Below, one piece after another: positions 12,362 to 22,885 of a stretch of 64,000 nucleotides of DNA. Below the pieces are notes generated by a model. The model ran no database searches. It was not told where the DNA came from and saw nothing but the letters and a program-made list of their open reading frames with translations. How positions within the stretch are numbered: position 1 is the first letter of the stretch; the number at the start of each line of letters is the position of its first letter. The position numbers and the translations under genes were made by a program. Source of the stretch: an uncultured delta proteobacterium (GTDB lineage Bacteria > Desulfobacterota > Binatia > UBA9968); contig CAVUVW010000021.1 of the NCBI GenBank assembly GCA_963745035.1, forward strand, positions 96,001 through 160,000, written 5' to 3'.

Positions 12362-13216
12362 TTTTTGGACGACGAAGCTCTTTTTCGCGGCTTCTCGGTC
12401 TCGACCTCCTTGGCACGAACCGCGGGCTTTTTCTCGCGCTGCGCTTGCCGGTCCAGACTTCCTTTGAGCGCCGCCATAAGATCGATCACCTGTCCGCGCT
12501 GCGGCTGCGGCTGGGTCAGCGTGATCTCCTGCCCTTCGGCCTTTTGGTGGACCAGGTTCAGCACGCGCTGAGCATATTCGTCCTCATATTTCTGCGGCTC
12601 GAAATCATCGTTGGAGAGCTCGTCGATCAGGCGAATCGCGAGCTGCGTTTCCGCGCCGCTGATTTTCGCAGATTCTCCTTTGGGAATCTCGCTGAAATCT
12701 GCGCACCTCGTCGGCGAAATACATGGTGTGCATCATCAGGCCGTTCTGCGCCGACCGGACGATCACCAGATTTTCTTTGCCGCGCATGACGAACTTGGCG
12801 AGGGCGACTTTGCCGACTTGGCTCATGGTGTCCGCAAGCAAGCGATACGCCTTCTCGCCGCCTTTGTCGGGGCCGAGATAATAGCTTCTTTCAAAGTAGA
12901 GCGGGTCCACCTTGGCGAGCGGCACGAATTCGGAGATCTCGATGGCCTCGGAAGCTTCGCCTTCGAGCGCTTTGAGCTCGTCGTCGGTGACTCTCACGTA
13001 TTGGTCCTTGACCACTTCGTATCCCCTGATCAAATCCTCGCGCTCCACCACTTTGTCGCACACGGGGCAAAAGCGCTGCTGGCGGATGCGGTTGCCGCAT
13101 TGCGCATGAAGCAGATTGAAGCTCGGAGCCTCAGACGAAGCCGCGAGATACAGCTTTACCGGGATGGAAACCAAGCCAAATGAAATCGCACCGGAACCGA
13201 TCGAACGTGGGGGCAT
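12358..13216 (-). CDS. ku: Ku protein (NHEJ); one frameshift near 12700
   Basis: RSIGSGAISFGLVSIPVKLY, IRGYEV, YFERSYYLGPD; after removing one base it continues DFSEIPKG..FEPQKYEDEY..VIDLMAALKGSL. Confidence 0.92.
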
Positions 13217-13472
13217 GGAAGCATCCTCCTCGGGCGTAAGCCTAGCAAATGGCCTTTTGCCAGTCTACAGGTTTTCTCGTCGCGAAACTTAGGCCCTGAC
13301 GACCAGTTCGGTGGACGGGACGGCCGAGCGCATGCTATAGCAGTACGAATCCGCCGCTTTTCAGCAACCGTGACGCGGCGCCGCCTTCGCCCACTCGGAG
13401 TTTTCTCTGTCACCGCCTGAGGCACAAAAAGAACCGGCCGAAGCGCCGTCCGACGACGGCGTCTCGGGAAAA

Positions 13473-14735
13473 TTGCCGCTTTCGAGAAAATCACTCCTGC
13501 ACGGTTTGCTACGTGGGCGCGCGCTTGAAGCGCTGCGCTACCGCGAGTTCCGTTTGCTGTGGTACGGCCAGGTGTTCACTTCGATGGCGACCTGGATGGA
13601 TTCCATCGCGCGCGGCTGGCTCATCTACGAGCTGACCAATTCCTCTTTTCAGCTCGGGCTCGTGCGCGGCGTGCAGGCGATTCCGACGTTGCTGTTATCG
13701 CCCATCGCCGGCAGCGCCGCCGATCTCTACTCGCGCAAAACGCAGGTGCTGATCGCGCAGATCGTCGACGGCTTGCTCTACGCCTGGGTGGCCGTGATGA
13801 TCATCACCGGCGACATTCAACCGTGGCACGTCTATGCCACGTCGCTCGGGCTCGCGACGGTGCAAGCGTTTCAGCTGCCTTCAAGATCTTCCATGGTTTC
13901 CGACTCGGTGCCGGCAAATTGCCTGACCAACGCCATGGGACTGAATGCCGTCGTGTTCAACTCGGCGCGCAGCGCAGGACCGGCGCTTGCCGGCGTGCTG
14001 ATTGCGCTTTACGGCACCGCGGGATCGTACTCCGTCCAGGCGCTGTTCTATCTGCTGGCGACGGTTTGGACGATCATGCTGCGCCCTGAGCAGCGCGCGG
14101 CGCGGACGGGAAAGAGCGGCTCCGGACACGGTGAATCATTTGGCCAGAGCATTCTCGAAGGTTGGAAGTTCAGCTGGCGCAACTACGAGGTGCGCGTCGG
14201 CCTTCTCGTCGTATCCGCCGCGATGTTTCTGCTGATTCCTTTTACAACGCTGCTGCCGGTGTTCGCGCGCGATATTCTTCAGGTCGGCGCCCGCGGCCAG
14301 GGGATCTTGCTCACCTGCATGGGGGTCGGGGCCTTGTTCAGCTCGGTGCTGGTCGCGTTCCTCGGCGATCGCATGCCGCGCGGCCTGGTGATGATCGGCG
14401 GCGTTGCGCTCTACGGCGTGTTGTTGGTGATCTTCTCGGTTTCTTCTTCGTTCGTCCTGTCGATGGCGCTGATGTTCCTGATCGGGCTTTGCCATGTGAC
14501 CTCCCACGCGTTGATTCAGATCGTTGTCCAATCCTATTCTCCGTCGGAGTTTCGCGGTCGGACCATGGCAATTTTTCACATGACGCAAGTCATTCTCGTC
14601 GTCGGCGCGATGTTCATCGGCGGACTGGCGGCACTGATTGGGGCGCGCTGGGCGACCAGCGTCATGAGCGTCGTCGGCACGCTCGCGATGGTGCTCATCT
14701 TCACTCTCATGCCGCGGGCGCGGCGGATACAGTAG
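13473..14735 (+). CDS. MFS transporter (paralog 1 of 3)
   Basis: ALRYREFRLLW, GWLIYELT, FNSARSAGPALAG, LLPVFARDIL, EFRGR. Confidence 0.9.
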   Translation: MPLSRKSLLHGLLRGRALEALRYREFRLLWYGQVFTSMATWMDSIARGWLIYELTNSSFQLGLVRGVQAIPTLLLSPIAGSAADLYSRKTQVLIAQIVDGLLYAWVAVMIITGDIQPWHVYATSLGLATVQAFQLPSRSSMVSDSVPANCLTNAMGLNAVVFNSARSAGPALAGVLIALYGTAGSYSVQALFYLLATVWTIMLRPEQRAARTGKSGSGHGESFGQSILEGWKFSWRNYEVRVGLLVVSAAMFLLIPFTTLLPVFARDILQVGARGQGILLTCMGVGALFSSVLVAFLGDRMPRGLVMIGGVALYGVLLVIFSVSSSFVLSMALMFLIGLCHVTSHALIQIVVQSYSPSEFRGRTMAIFHMTQVILVVGAMFIGGLAALIGARWATSVMSVVGTLAMVLIFTLMPRARRIQ

Positions 14736-14860
14736 AGAATGGGTCGAGGATGGAGGATCGAAGATCGAGGGTAGACGGAGTCGAGGATAGAGGATGGCGA
14801 AACGAGTTAGAACAGTCCATCGTCTCGCCATCCTCCATCCTCCATCCTCGACCATTCTCT
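14735..14860. repeat. Inverted array of heptamer repeats (GAGGAT(G/C/A)) / (CATCCTC)
   Basis: GAGAATGGGTCGAGGATGGAGGATCG... mirrored by CGCCATCCTCCATCCTCCATCCTCGACCATTCTC; a smaller copy lies at 5485-5532. Confidence 0.7.
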
Positions 14861-15089
14861 CGCCGCGCACGACGCCGCCCGCTGGAAGATTTGCCGCTCG
14901 CATGATATAGCTTGAGTACACCTTTAACGCCCCGGGCTTTGGGTCAGCGAGCAGACTCGGATCCTTCGGCCGGAATCGGAGTCTGTTCTGTCGCCGTCCT
15001 CTATAGAGCAAGAGAAAACCGCCGCGCCAAAAATCGAAACTGTCGAGAGAAAGCCGGACGAGCATTTTTGGTTTCCGCTTGCGCTGATC

Positions 15090-16317
15090 GTGCGCCTGCG
15101 CGCTTTCGAATCGCTGCGCTTCCGCGACTATCGGCTGCTCTGGTACAGCCAGGTTTTCGCCTCGCTCGGCGTCTGGATGGATCAGGTGACGCGCGGCTGG
15201 CTGATCTACGAGCTGACCGATTCGGCGCTGCAACTGGGCCTGGTGCGCGGCATTCAGGCGGTACCGTTTCTGCTTTTGTCGCCAATCGCCGGCAGTGTCG
15301 CCGACCGCTACCCGCGCAAGTTTCTCGTCGTCACGGCGCAGTTCGCCAACGGCTTCATTTTCACGGCCACCGCGGCGTTGATTCTCTTTGGTCTCATTCA
15401 GCCGTGGCATGTCTATCTGACGGCTGTGCTCATGGCCTGTGTGCAGGTATTTCTCCAGCCCGCCCGGGCCGCCATGATCTCGGATACCGTGCCGCCGGAT
15501 AGATCTAACCAACGCCATTGGTCTCAACGCGGTGGTTTTCAACATGGCGCGCAGCACCGGACCGGCATTGGCGGGCGCGTTGATCTCGTTATTCAATACC
15601 GGGGTTGCATACGGCGTCCAAGGCTTGTTTTTTTTGCTGGCCACTCTCTGGACCATGCGAATGCGATCCGGACGGCGCGCCGCGGCGGCGAGATTGGGCC
15701 ACGGCGGCGCGGGCGAGTCTTTCGCTCGGAGCATCGTGACGGGATGGCAATTTTCGTGGCGCAAGGAGGAGGTGCGCAGCAGCCTCTTGATCGTCATCGT
15801 CGCGTCCCTGTTCATGGTGCCGTTCTCGACTTTATTGCCGATCTTTGCGCGCGACATTCTTCAAGTCGGCGCGCAAGGACAGGGCCTGCTTTTGACTTCG
15901 ATGGGCGTCGGCGCGTTCGGCAGCGCGATGATCATCGCCACCTTCGGCGACCGCATGCCGCGCGGGATCATGATGTTCGTGGGCGTGGTGCTTTACGGCG
16001 TCCTCGTGGCGCTGTTCGCGGCATCGCCATGGTTCGCGCTGTCGATGGTGCTGATGGCGGCGATCGGCCTCTGTCACGTCAGCTCTCACGCGCTGGTGCA
16101 AACCGTCATCCAGAGCTACTCGCCGCCGGAGTTTCGCGGCCGTGCGATCGCGATTTTTCATATGAATCAGGTCTTGCTGCTGCTCGGCGGCATGGTGATC
16201 GGAGCGTTGTCGGCGGCAATCGGCGCGCCGTGGGCGGCGGCCGCGCTGAGCATCGTGGGTACGCTCTGCATGGTTGCGCTCTACGTCTTCGATCCGGGCG
16301 CGCGGACCATACGTTGA
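15090..16317 (+). CDS. MFS transporter (paralog 2), frameshift near 15505
   Basis: ORFs 15090.. and 15532..16317 join into a full paralog of 13473..14735. Confidence 0.85.
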
Positions 16318-16323
16318 GGGAGC

Positions 16324-16357
16324 GGAGTGCTGGAGTAATGGAGTGTTGGAGTGGTGG
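16324..16357 (+). repeat. Octamer tandem repeat (TGGAGTNN)x4
   Basis: GGAGTGC TGGAGTAA TGGAGTGT TGGAGTGG TGG directly after the MFS stop. Confidence 0.65.
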
Positions 16358-16461
16358 TGACCGACGGGTTGAATCTCCGAGGGAAGATTCGTTTGACACA
16401 TCTTGAAGGTTGGGCCGAGAATGCGGGAGATTATGCGAACGATTAGGACTCGCAGGGGAGG

Positions 16462-17478
16462 ATGCCCGTTATGATCGGTTGTCGATCCAGCCTGCGCTGG
16501 TGCGGCGCTACGTTTCTCGGCTGTCTGCTGTTCTCCGCCGGATCGGGCGAAGCCGCGCAGCCGCTGCAGAAAGTCGTCTTCGTCTTCGCCGGCTTCAACG
16601 AGCGCACAGGATTTATCTTTGTGGCCAAAGACCGAAAGTTTTTCGAAGAGCAAGGTCTGGATGCGCAGATCGTGCAGGTGCGCACCGGACAAGTCGCGGT
16701 TTCGGCCCTGGCGGCCAACGAGGCGCAGTTCTATTCGGTCTCGGCGACCGGCGCAAGCCTCGGCGCCATGGCGGCGGGACTCGATCTCGCCTTCATCGCC
16801 GGCATCGTGAACAAACTGGACGGTGATTTTGTCGTGGCGCCGAAAATCGCTTCCCCCGCGGACCTAAAAGGGAAGTCCCTCGGCATTCAAAGCATCGGCG
16901 GCGGCGTGTGGACCTTCACCATGCTTGCCCTCGACTACTGGGGCTTGGTGCCGGAGCGCGACAAGATTCAAATGCGCATCGTCGGCGATCAAGCGGTGCT
17001 TACCCAAGGATTGATCAGCGGCGTCGTCGATGCCGCTTACCTCGGCTATACGTTCAGCAAAGTGGCGCAGCGCAGCGGATTTCGCGTCCTGCAAGATCTT
17101 GCCAAAGTCGATATTCCGTTTCAGGGCGTCGGCATCGTCGCGCGCAAGAGCTTTCTCGACCAGTCGCCGGATGTCGCGGAGCGCTCGCTCAGAGCCATCG
17201 CCAAAGCGATCGCCTACATTCAAGATCCGGCCAACCAGCAGAGCACGGTCAATATTCTGATGAAATGGCTGCGGCTGCCGCAGGTCGAGGATGCGGTTGC
17301 CGGCCACGAAGCGATACGGTCGCTCTATAGTCGCCGCATATTTCCCACCGTCGAGGGAGTGCGCAACACGGTGAGAATCTTGAGCCGCATCGATCCCAAG
17401 TTCGGCAGGCTCAAGGCCGAAGATCTGGTCGATGAACGGATCGTACGAAAGCTGGAGAAGGAAGGCGTGTTCAAATAG
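16462..17478 (+). CDS. ABC transporter substrate-binding protein (SsuA/THI5-like)
   Basis: Signal peptide; AKDRKFFEEQGLD, DLKGKSLG, LISGVVDAA. Confidence 0.85.
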   Translation: MPVMIGCRSSLRWCGATFLGCLLFSAGSGEAAQPLQKVVFVFAGFNERTGFIFVAKDRKFFEEQGLDAQIVQVRTGQVAVSALAANEAQFYSVSATGASLGAMAAGLDLAFIAGIVNKLDGDFVVAPKIASPADLKGKSLGIQSIGGGVWTFTMLALDYWGLVPERDKIQMRIVGDQAVLTQGLISGVVDAAYLGYTFSKVAQRSGFRVLQDLAKVDIPFQGVGIVARKSFLDQSPDVAERSLRAIAKAIAYIQDPANQQSTVNILMKWLRLPQVEDAVAGHEAIRSLYSRRIFPTVEGVRNTVRILSRIDPKFGRLKAEDLVDERIVRKLEKEGVFK

Positions 17479-17668
17479 GCGTTTTCACGAGCCCATCTTT
17501 TCTCCATCTGAGCCGATCTCGAAACACGCCGTTCCAGGCGTGGCAAGGCGTTGAAAGTTCATTCATGCCTCGGAGTTACTGCTGAAATCGTCTAAAGACA
17601 GCGGCGGAGACGAAGCGCTGGACGGTGATCGACCCTCCTCGTCGAGTGCTTGGCAGCCGTTTGCCGCT

Positions 17669-18890
17669 TTGCTGCGCCTGCGCGCGCTGGCGTCACTCAA
17701 ATATCGTGACTATCGGCTGCTCTGGTTCGGCCATATCTTTACGTCGATGGCATTCTGGATGGACCAGGTGTCGCGCGGTTGGCTGATCTACGAGCTGACG
17801 GATTCCACGGTGCAGCTTGGGCTGGTGCGCGGCGTTCAGGCTATTCCGATTCTCTTGCTCTCGCCGATCGCCGGCAGCGCCGCCGACCGCTACTCGCGCA
17901 AGACGCAGATCCTGATCGCCCAGGTCATCGACGGCGCGATGTTCGGCGATCCTCGCGATCCTCATTTTCCTCGGCGAAATTCAGCCCTGGCACGTGTACG
18001 TGACGGCGTTCGCAATGGCTTGTGTGCAGACCTTTCAGCAACCGGCGCGGGCCGCGATCATCGGCGATGTGGTGCCGACCGAGGGGCTCACCAATGCCAT
18101 CGGGCTCAACTCGATCATCTTCAATGTCGCCAGAAGCACCGGGCCGGCGCTCGCCGGCGTGCTGATCGTCGCGGTGGGCACCGGCGGCGCCTTCGCCACC
18201 CAGGCGGCTTTTTATTTTCTTGCGACCTACTGGACGTTGCGCTTACGCGCGGCGACTTCGGGAGCCGGCGGCCGCCACGGCCACAACGATTCCTTTGCCA
18301 AGAGCATCGTCGAAGGTTGGAAGTTCAGCTGGCGCAACCTCGAGGTGCGCACGGCGCTCCTCGTGGTGATGTTCGCGTCGCTGTTGATCGTGCCGTTCAC
18401 GACGCTTCTGCCGGTGTTCGCCCGCGATATTCTCGGCGTCGGCGCCTCCGGCCAGGGATTCCTGCTCACCGCCATGGGCATCGGCGCTCTCGGCAGCGCG
18501 ATGATGATCGCCGCCTCCGGCGACCGCATGCCGCGAGGGCTGTTCATGCTCGGCGGGGTCGGGCTGTACGGCGCCGGCGTCGTCGCCTTCGCCGCGTCGC
18601 CCTGGTTTCATTTGTCCATCGCGCTGATGGTCATCGTCGGCTTCGCCAACGTCTGCTCGCACGCGCTGGTGCAGACCGTGATCCAGTCTTATGCGCCGGC
18701 GGAGTTTCGCGGCCGCGCCATCGCGCTGTTCCACATGAGCCAGGTGGTGATGACATTGGGCAGCATGGCGATCGGATCGCTCGCGGCGGTGACCGGCACC
18801 CAGTGGGCGGTGGTGTTGATGTCGACGGCAGGCATGCTGGCGATGCTCGCGATTCATATCGCGCTCCCGCAAGCATGGCGCATTCGGTAG
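17669..18890 (+). CDS. MFS transporter (paralog 3), frameshift near 17945
   Basis: ORFs 17669.. and 17994..18890 join into a full paralog. Confidence 0.85.
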
Positions 18891-18915
18891 GGACGGGTTT
18901 GAAACCCGTTCCTAC
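18887..18915. repeat. GTAG-family REP palindrome (type B)
   Basis: GTAGGGACGGGTTTGAAACCCGTTCCTAC. Confidence 0.85.
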
Positions 18916-18975
18916 ATTGGGATCGTTACGATGTCCCGAAAACAACCACGTTATTCTCGGTGGCATCGATGATGT

Positions 18976-19003
18976 GTAGAGGCGACCGGCCGGTCGCCCC
19001 TAC
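18976..19003. repeat. GTAG-family REP palindrome (type A)
   Basis: GTAGAGGCGACCGGCCGGTCGCCCCTAC. Confidence 0.85.
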
Positions 19004-19052
19004 GGATTCGTCCCCGTCTGTAGCGCGGATGACTGTTTGAAAATTTGCGGTC

Positions 19053-19646
19053 ATGCGCCTATACAGCGGGGCGATGAACCCTGATGTGGAAAGGCACCGG
19101 CGCCGCTCGATCAGACTGCGTGAATACGATTACAGGCAGGCGGGAGCGTATTTCATTACGGTGGTGACACATGGGCGGGCTGCCTTGTTCGGCGAGATAG
19201 CAAACGGTGAAACGCGGTTGAATGAATTCGGACAAGTCATAGAGGACGAATGGCAGAAATCCTCCATCATACGGCAGGAGATTGAAATGGATGTGTTCGT
19301 GGTCATGCCCAATCACATTCACGGCATTATGAACATTATCAACATGGATGTAGGGGCGACCGGCCGGTCGCCCCTACGCGGCGGACCGCCCGCGCGTTCA
19401 CTGGGTGCCTTTGTTGCTGGTTTCAAATCCGCTGTGACCAAACGGATTAATGAAATGCGCCACACACCCGGCAGCCCGGTTTGGCAGCGCAATTATTATG
19501 AACATGTGGTTCGCGACGATGAAGAATTGCTGCGCGTCCGTGAATATATTCTCCACAATCCTCTAGATTGGGAAAACGACCGGGAAAATCCGTCGCGCCC
19601 TGCGGATTTGAAATCCGCCCGAACGCCCGAACCCTGGCATGTGTAG
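19053..19646 (+). CDS. REP-associated tyrosine transposase (RAYT, Y1 HUH)
   Basis: HRRRSIRLREYDY..GAYFITVVT, HUH motif VVMPNHIHGI, WQRNYYEHVVRD, YILHNP; flanked by GTAG REPs. Confidence 0.93.
   Translation: MRLYSGAMNPDVERHRRRSIRLREYDYRQAGAYFITVVTHGRAALFGEIANGETRLNEFGQVIEDEWQKSSIIRQEIEMDVFVVMPNHIHGIMNIINMDVGATGRSPLRGGPPARSLGAFVAGFKSAVTKRINEMRHTPGSPVWQRNYYEHVVRDDEELLRVREYILHNPLDWENDRENPSRPADLKSARTPEPWHV
19350..19377. repeat. GTAG REP (type A) inside the RAYT coding sequence
   Basis: Perfect 28-bp palindrome GTAGGGGCGACCGGCCGGTCGCCCCTAC, translated VGATGRSPL. Confidence 0.9.
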
Positions 19647-19671
19647 GGACAGGTTTGAGACCTGCCCCTAC
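19643..19671. repeat. GTAG REP (type B)
   Basis: GTAGGGACAGGTTTGAGACCTGCCCCTAC. Confidence 0.85.
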
Positions 19672-19687
19672 ATTTTGAGATCTGCAA

Positions 19688-20692
19688 ATGGCAATGGAAA
19701 CCGTTGAAACCGCGTTGCAACCTGACCTCCCGATCTGCGACGCGCACCATCATCTGTGGGAGCGGCCGCCTAACCGTTATCTGCTCGATGATTTTGTCAT
19801 AGACCTCGGCGCCGGACATAACATCGGGTCGACCGTCGCCGTCGAATGCGGCTACGGTTATCGCCCCGATGGCCCGGATCATTTGAAGCCGGTAGGGGAA
19901 ACGGAATTTCTCGAGCGCGCTGCTACCGAGGCCGCTACGGATTCGAAACTGACCACGCGCATCGCAGCGGCCATCGTCGGATTCGCCGATCTGTGCTTGG
20001 GCGACGGCGTTGCTCCGGTGCTGGAAGCGCACCTAGCCACAAGCCCGAGCCGCTTCCGCGGCATTCGCCACTCGACGACCTGGGACGGAAGCGGCGCCTT
20101 GCGCAACGAAGCGCCGCCCGGCCTGCTGGGAGATGAGAAATTCCGCTCTGGGTTCGACTGGCTCGGCAAATTCGGACTCAGCTTCGACGCCTGGGTGTAT
20201 CATCCGCAGCTCGATGAAGTCGCCGCGCTGGCGCGCGCCTTTCCCGACGTGACCATCGTGCTCAATCATCTCGGCGCGCCGTTAGGCGTGGGACCATACG
20301 CGGGCAAGAGCGATGAGGTGTTTCAAGCATGGCGCCGGGGCATCGCGGCCGTTGCCGCCTGTTCGAACGTGGTGGTCAAGCTCGGCGGCGGCGGCTCCGC
20401 GCGCTCAGGCTACGATTGGCATCAGCGCTCCGTGAAACCTTCGTCGGAAGAAATCGCGCAGATCTTGCGACCTTATGTCGCATGGTGCATCGAGAAATTC
20501 GGCGCCGAGCGCTGCATGTTCGAGAGCAACTTTCCGGTGGAAAAGGCGGCCAATTCCTATGTCGTGATCTGGAACGCGTTCAAGAGGATGACGAAACACT
20601 TTTCGTCAGCCGAGCGCGCCGCGTTGTTCCATGACACTGCATGCCGCGTGTATCGGATCCCTATGCGCTCAGTGCAGGCGAACGGATCGTAG
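19688..20692 (+). CDS. Amidohydrolase family 2 protein
   Basis: DAHHHLW, FRGIRH, LNHLG, CMFESNFPV. Confidence 0.9.
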   Translation: MAMETVETALQPDLPICDAHHHLWERPPNRYLLDDFVIDLGAGHNIGSTVAVECGYGYRPDGPDHLKPVGETEFLERAATEAATDSKLTTRIAAAIVGFADLCLGDGVAPVLEAHLATSPSRFRGIRHSTTWDGSGALRNEAPPGLLGDEKFRSGFDWLGKFGLSFDAWVYHPQLDEVAALARAFPDVTIVLNHLGAPLGVGPYAGKSDEVFQAWRRGIAAVAACSNVVVKLGGGGSARSGYDWHQRSVKPSSEEIAQILRPYVAWCIEKFGAERCMFESNFPVEKAANSYVVIWNAFKRMTKHFSSAERAALFHDTACRVYRIPMRSVQANGS

Positions 20693-20775
20693 GGGCGACC
20701 GGCCGGTCGCCCCTACGTCGGAATCACCGCCACGTCGCGGATGGGTTTGTAGGGCCGGGTTTCAAACCCGCCTAG
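20689..20775. repeat. Pair of GTAG REPs (type A 20689-20716, type B 20749-20775)
   Basis: GTAGGGGCGACCGGCCGGTCGCCCCTAC (identical to 19350) and GTAGGGCCGGGTTTCAAACCCGCCTAG. Confidence 0.85.
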
Positions 20776-20847
20776 ACGAAGCACCGTGCGGACGTGCTGA
20801 TCGAAGAATCTGTTTCTGCGGAAAAGATTAGACCGAGCGGATTTCGC

Positions 20848-21162
20848 TCAGACGCACAAGGCCCAAAGAAAGTGGTAGATCGACACCACGAAAACGCCGC
20901 TGTACACAGTCGACGTCAACGTGAGGGCTTTTAAAGTCAGGCCTTGCCGGAAATGCCGCAGCGCGAAGATCAATCCGATCAAACCACAGGCGAGAACTTT
21001 CCAATAGACGAGACCCCAGATCTCACCCCAGGCGGAAATTGTATCGCGGACCAAGGGGTTGGCTTCCGGAACGCCCAGGCTGAGCACGTGGTAGGTAAAC
21101 AAGCCGTCAAAGATTTGCAGCAGCAGATTGAATTTGAATTGTGACCAGATGTTGAGAAACAT
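20848..21162 (-). CDS. Small membrane protein (DUF5658-like)
   Basis: LQIFDGLFTY..L..GVPEANPLV motif, three hydrophobic segments. Confidence 0.7.
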   Translation of the reverse strand: MFLNIWSQFKFNLLLQIFDGLFTYHVLSLGVPEANPLVRDTISAWGEIWGLVYWKVLACGLIGLIFALRHFRQGLTLKALTLTSTVYSGVFVVSIYHFLWALCV

Positions 21163-21210
21163 AAACGCTGCCGTCGAGCGCGCAAATGCGCGGAATTTTC
21201 TATCAAAAAC

Positions 21211-21225
21211 GCAATTGAAATGCCA
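21211..21225 (-). promoter_or_regulatory. Putative sigma54 promoter
   Basis: TGGCAT-N5-TTGC on the minus strand, ~50 bp upstream of ATG 21162. Confidence 0.55.
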
Positions 21226-21460
21226 AGCACAGCGTCGCAAATCTCCAATGAAAACATCGCGGTGGTGGGACGAATGCGTAATCTATTTTTACAGAAATTT
21301 TAGCTCGCGAATGGAGCGCACCAAGCGGTTGGATTTACGCCAACTTTTGGCGGAGCGCTGTTAAAGATTCTTACACTCCGGTAGGTGAACCGGCATCGGA
21401 TTTACACAAGCAGTTCCCGAAAGCGGGACGATAAGAGCACGCTCTCGCCCGAGGAGTAAG

Positions 21461-22561
21461 TTAGCGGCGAAGGAGACTGTCCGAATTCTGAAGCGCCGGA
21501 AAGATCTCGCTGCCCCACAAATCGATAGCTTCGGGAACGTCGGGTCCGAGGGGAACGCCGATGGTGATTTCGCTGAAACCGTGGCGCGCGGCGAGTTGAA
21601 AGAGGCTCCGCAGCCGGCCGATGCATTGTTCGGGGGTGCCCGAGATGATCAGTTTATCGACGGCGTCATCCGGCGTGAGTGAAGACGCGTGGTCGACGCC
21701 GCGATTCTCGGCGTAGGCTTGACGCACTGTTTGAATCGCTTTCGGATCGATACCCTTCGCGGTGAGCACGTCATCGGGCCAGCCCGAGGCGATATGCGAA
21801 ACGAACCGCTTGGCGTGTTGCTTTGCGGCAGCGCCGTCGCGCGATACCGATGCGTTGACCAGCATGGTTTTGCGCAGCGGCTGCGCCGCGCCGGACTGGG
21901 AGCGCGCGGAGTCGAGACGGGCGAGCGATCTTTCCATATCGTCGATACCGTATAAAGTTTGCAGCACCACGCCGTCGAAGTGGCGCGCGATTAGATCGAG
22001 TACCGCGGGCTTTAGCAGGCTCGGACCGTAGTAGAGGTGGATCGGCGACTGCGTTTTGAAGCGCAACGCGTAATGCTCCGCATTCAAGTGAAAGTATTCC
22101 GCCAGCACCGGAATATCGCTCGTTTTCAAAGTCTCGCCGGCGAATAAGGTTCGCAGCGCGACAGCCAACTCGGCCATGATCGCCATGGGTTTCGTCCTGA
22201 CCACATGCCGGGTGAGAATCGATCTGGAGCCGGGGCCCAAGCCGAGCGAAATGTCGCGTCCGCTCGCGAGCTCGGACATGGTGGCAAACGCCATCGCAAC
22301 GTCGATGGGATTGCGAAAGTAGGGGACGGCGACCGCCGTGCCAAGCTTCACGGGTAAACGCGCCAGGATCGCCGCCGAGCTTGCCAGGACGCTCCGATAT
22401 TCGAGATTGTCGTTGGTCCAGACGCGGGTGAAGTTGAACGGCGCAAGCGTCTTCGCCGCACGCTCGGCGAGATCGATGAGCTCCGGGAGCGAGTAGCGGT
22501 TGAGAACGTGCAGCGGGTAGTGAATGCCCACCTCGCCGGTGAACTGTAGGTTGTTTGCCAT
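21461..22561 (-). CDS. LLM-class flavin/F420-dependent oxidoreductase (Mer-like)
   Basis: VKLGTAVAVPYFRNP...ATMSELASGR..LGLGPG; ISGTPEQC; GVPLGPD. Confidence 0.85.
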   Translation of the reverse strand: MANNLQFTGEVGIHYPLHVLNRYSLPELIDLAERAAKTLAPFNFTRVWTNDNLEYRSVLASSAAILARLPVKLGTAVAVPYFRNPIDVAMAFATMSELASGRDISLGLGPGSRSILTRHVVRTKPMAIMAELAVALRTLFAGETLKTSDIPVLAEYFHLNAEHYALRFKTQSPIHLYYGPSLLKPAVLDLIARHFDGVVLQTLYGIDDMERSLARLDSARSQSGAAQPLRKTMLVNASVSRDGAAAKQHAKRFVSHIASGWPDDVLTAKGIDPKAIQTVRQAYAENRGVDHASSLTPDDAVDKLIISGTPEQCIGRLRSLFQLAARHGFSEITIGVPLGPDVPEAIDLWGSEIFPALQNSDSLLRR

Positions 22562-22687
22562 GCATTCCGGCTATCACACTAGATCGAACCGAGTCAAAGA
22601 TTCGCGCTCCTGCGGCGGAATTTTGGAGATATTTCGATAGTGAACCGCTGAGCTGTGCAGGACACGAAAAAATACAAATGACCTGAA

Positions 22688-22794
22688 TGTCATGCTGAGC
22701 TTGAGCGGAGGCATCTGCTTTTTCCGATGGCTTACGAAAGCAGATTCTTTCGGCGGAGTTTATCCTGAGTGTGACGAAGCGCCTCAGAATGACA
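22688..22794. repeat. TGTCA-bounded palindromic repeat
   Basis: TGTCATGCTGAG...GCATCTG / CAGATTC...CTCAGAATGACA inverted termini. Confidence 0.65.
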
Positions 22795-22885
22795 TTCTGA
22801 CGCAGCTCACGAATGGGGGATCCGCTTTTCCTCAGGACGACGCTTGCAAGAAATCTCAATTTCTACTAGGCGTCGCTTGGGAGTT

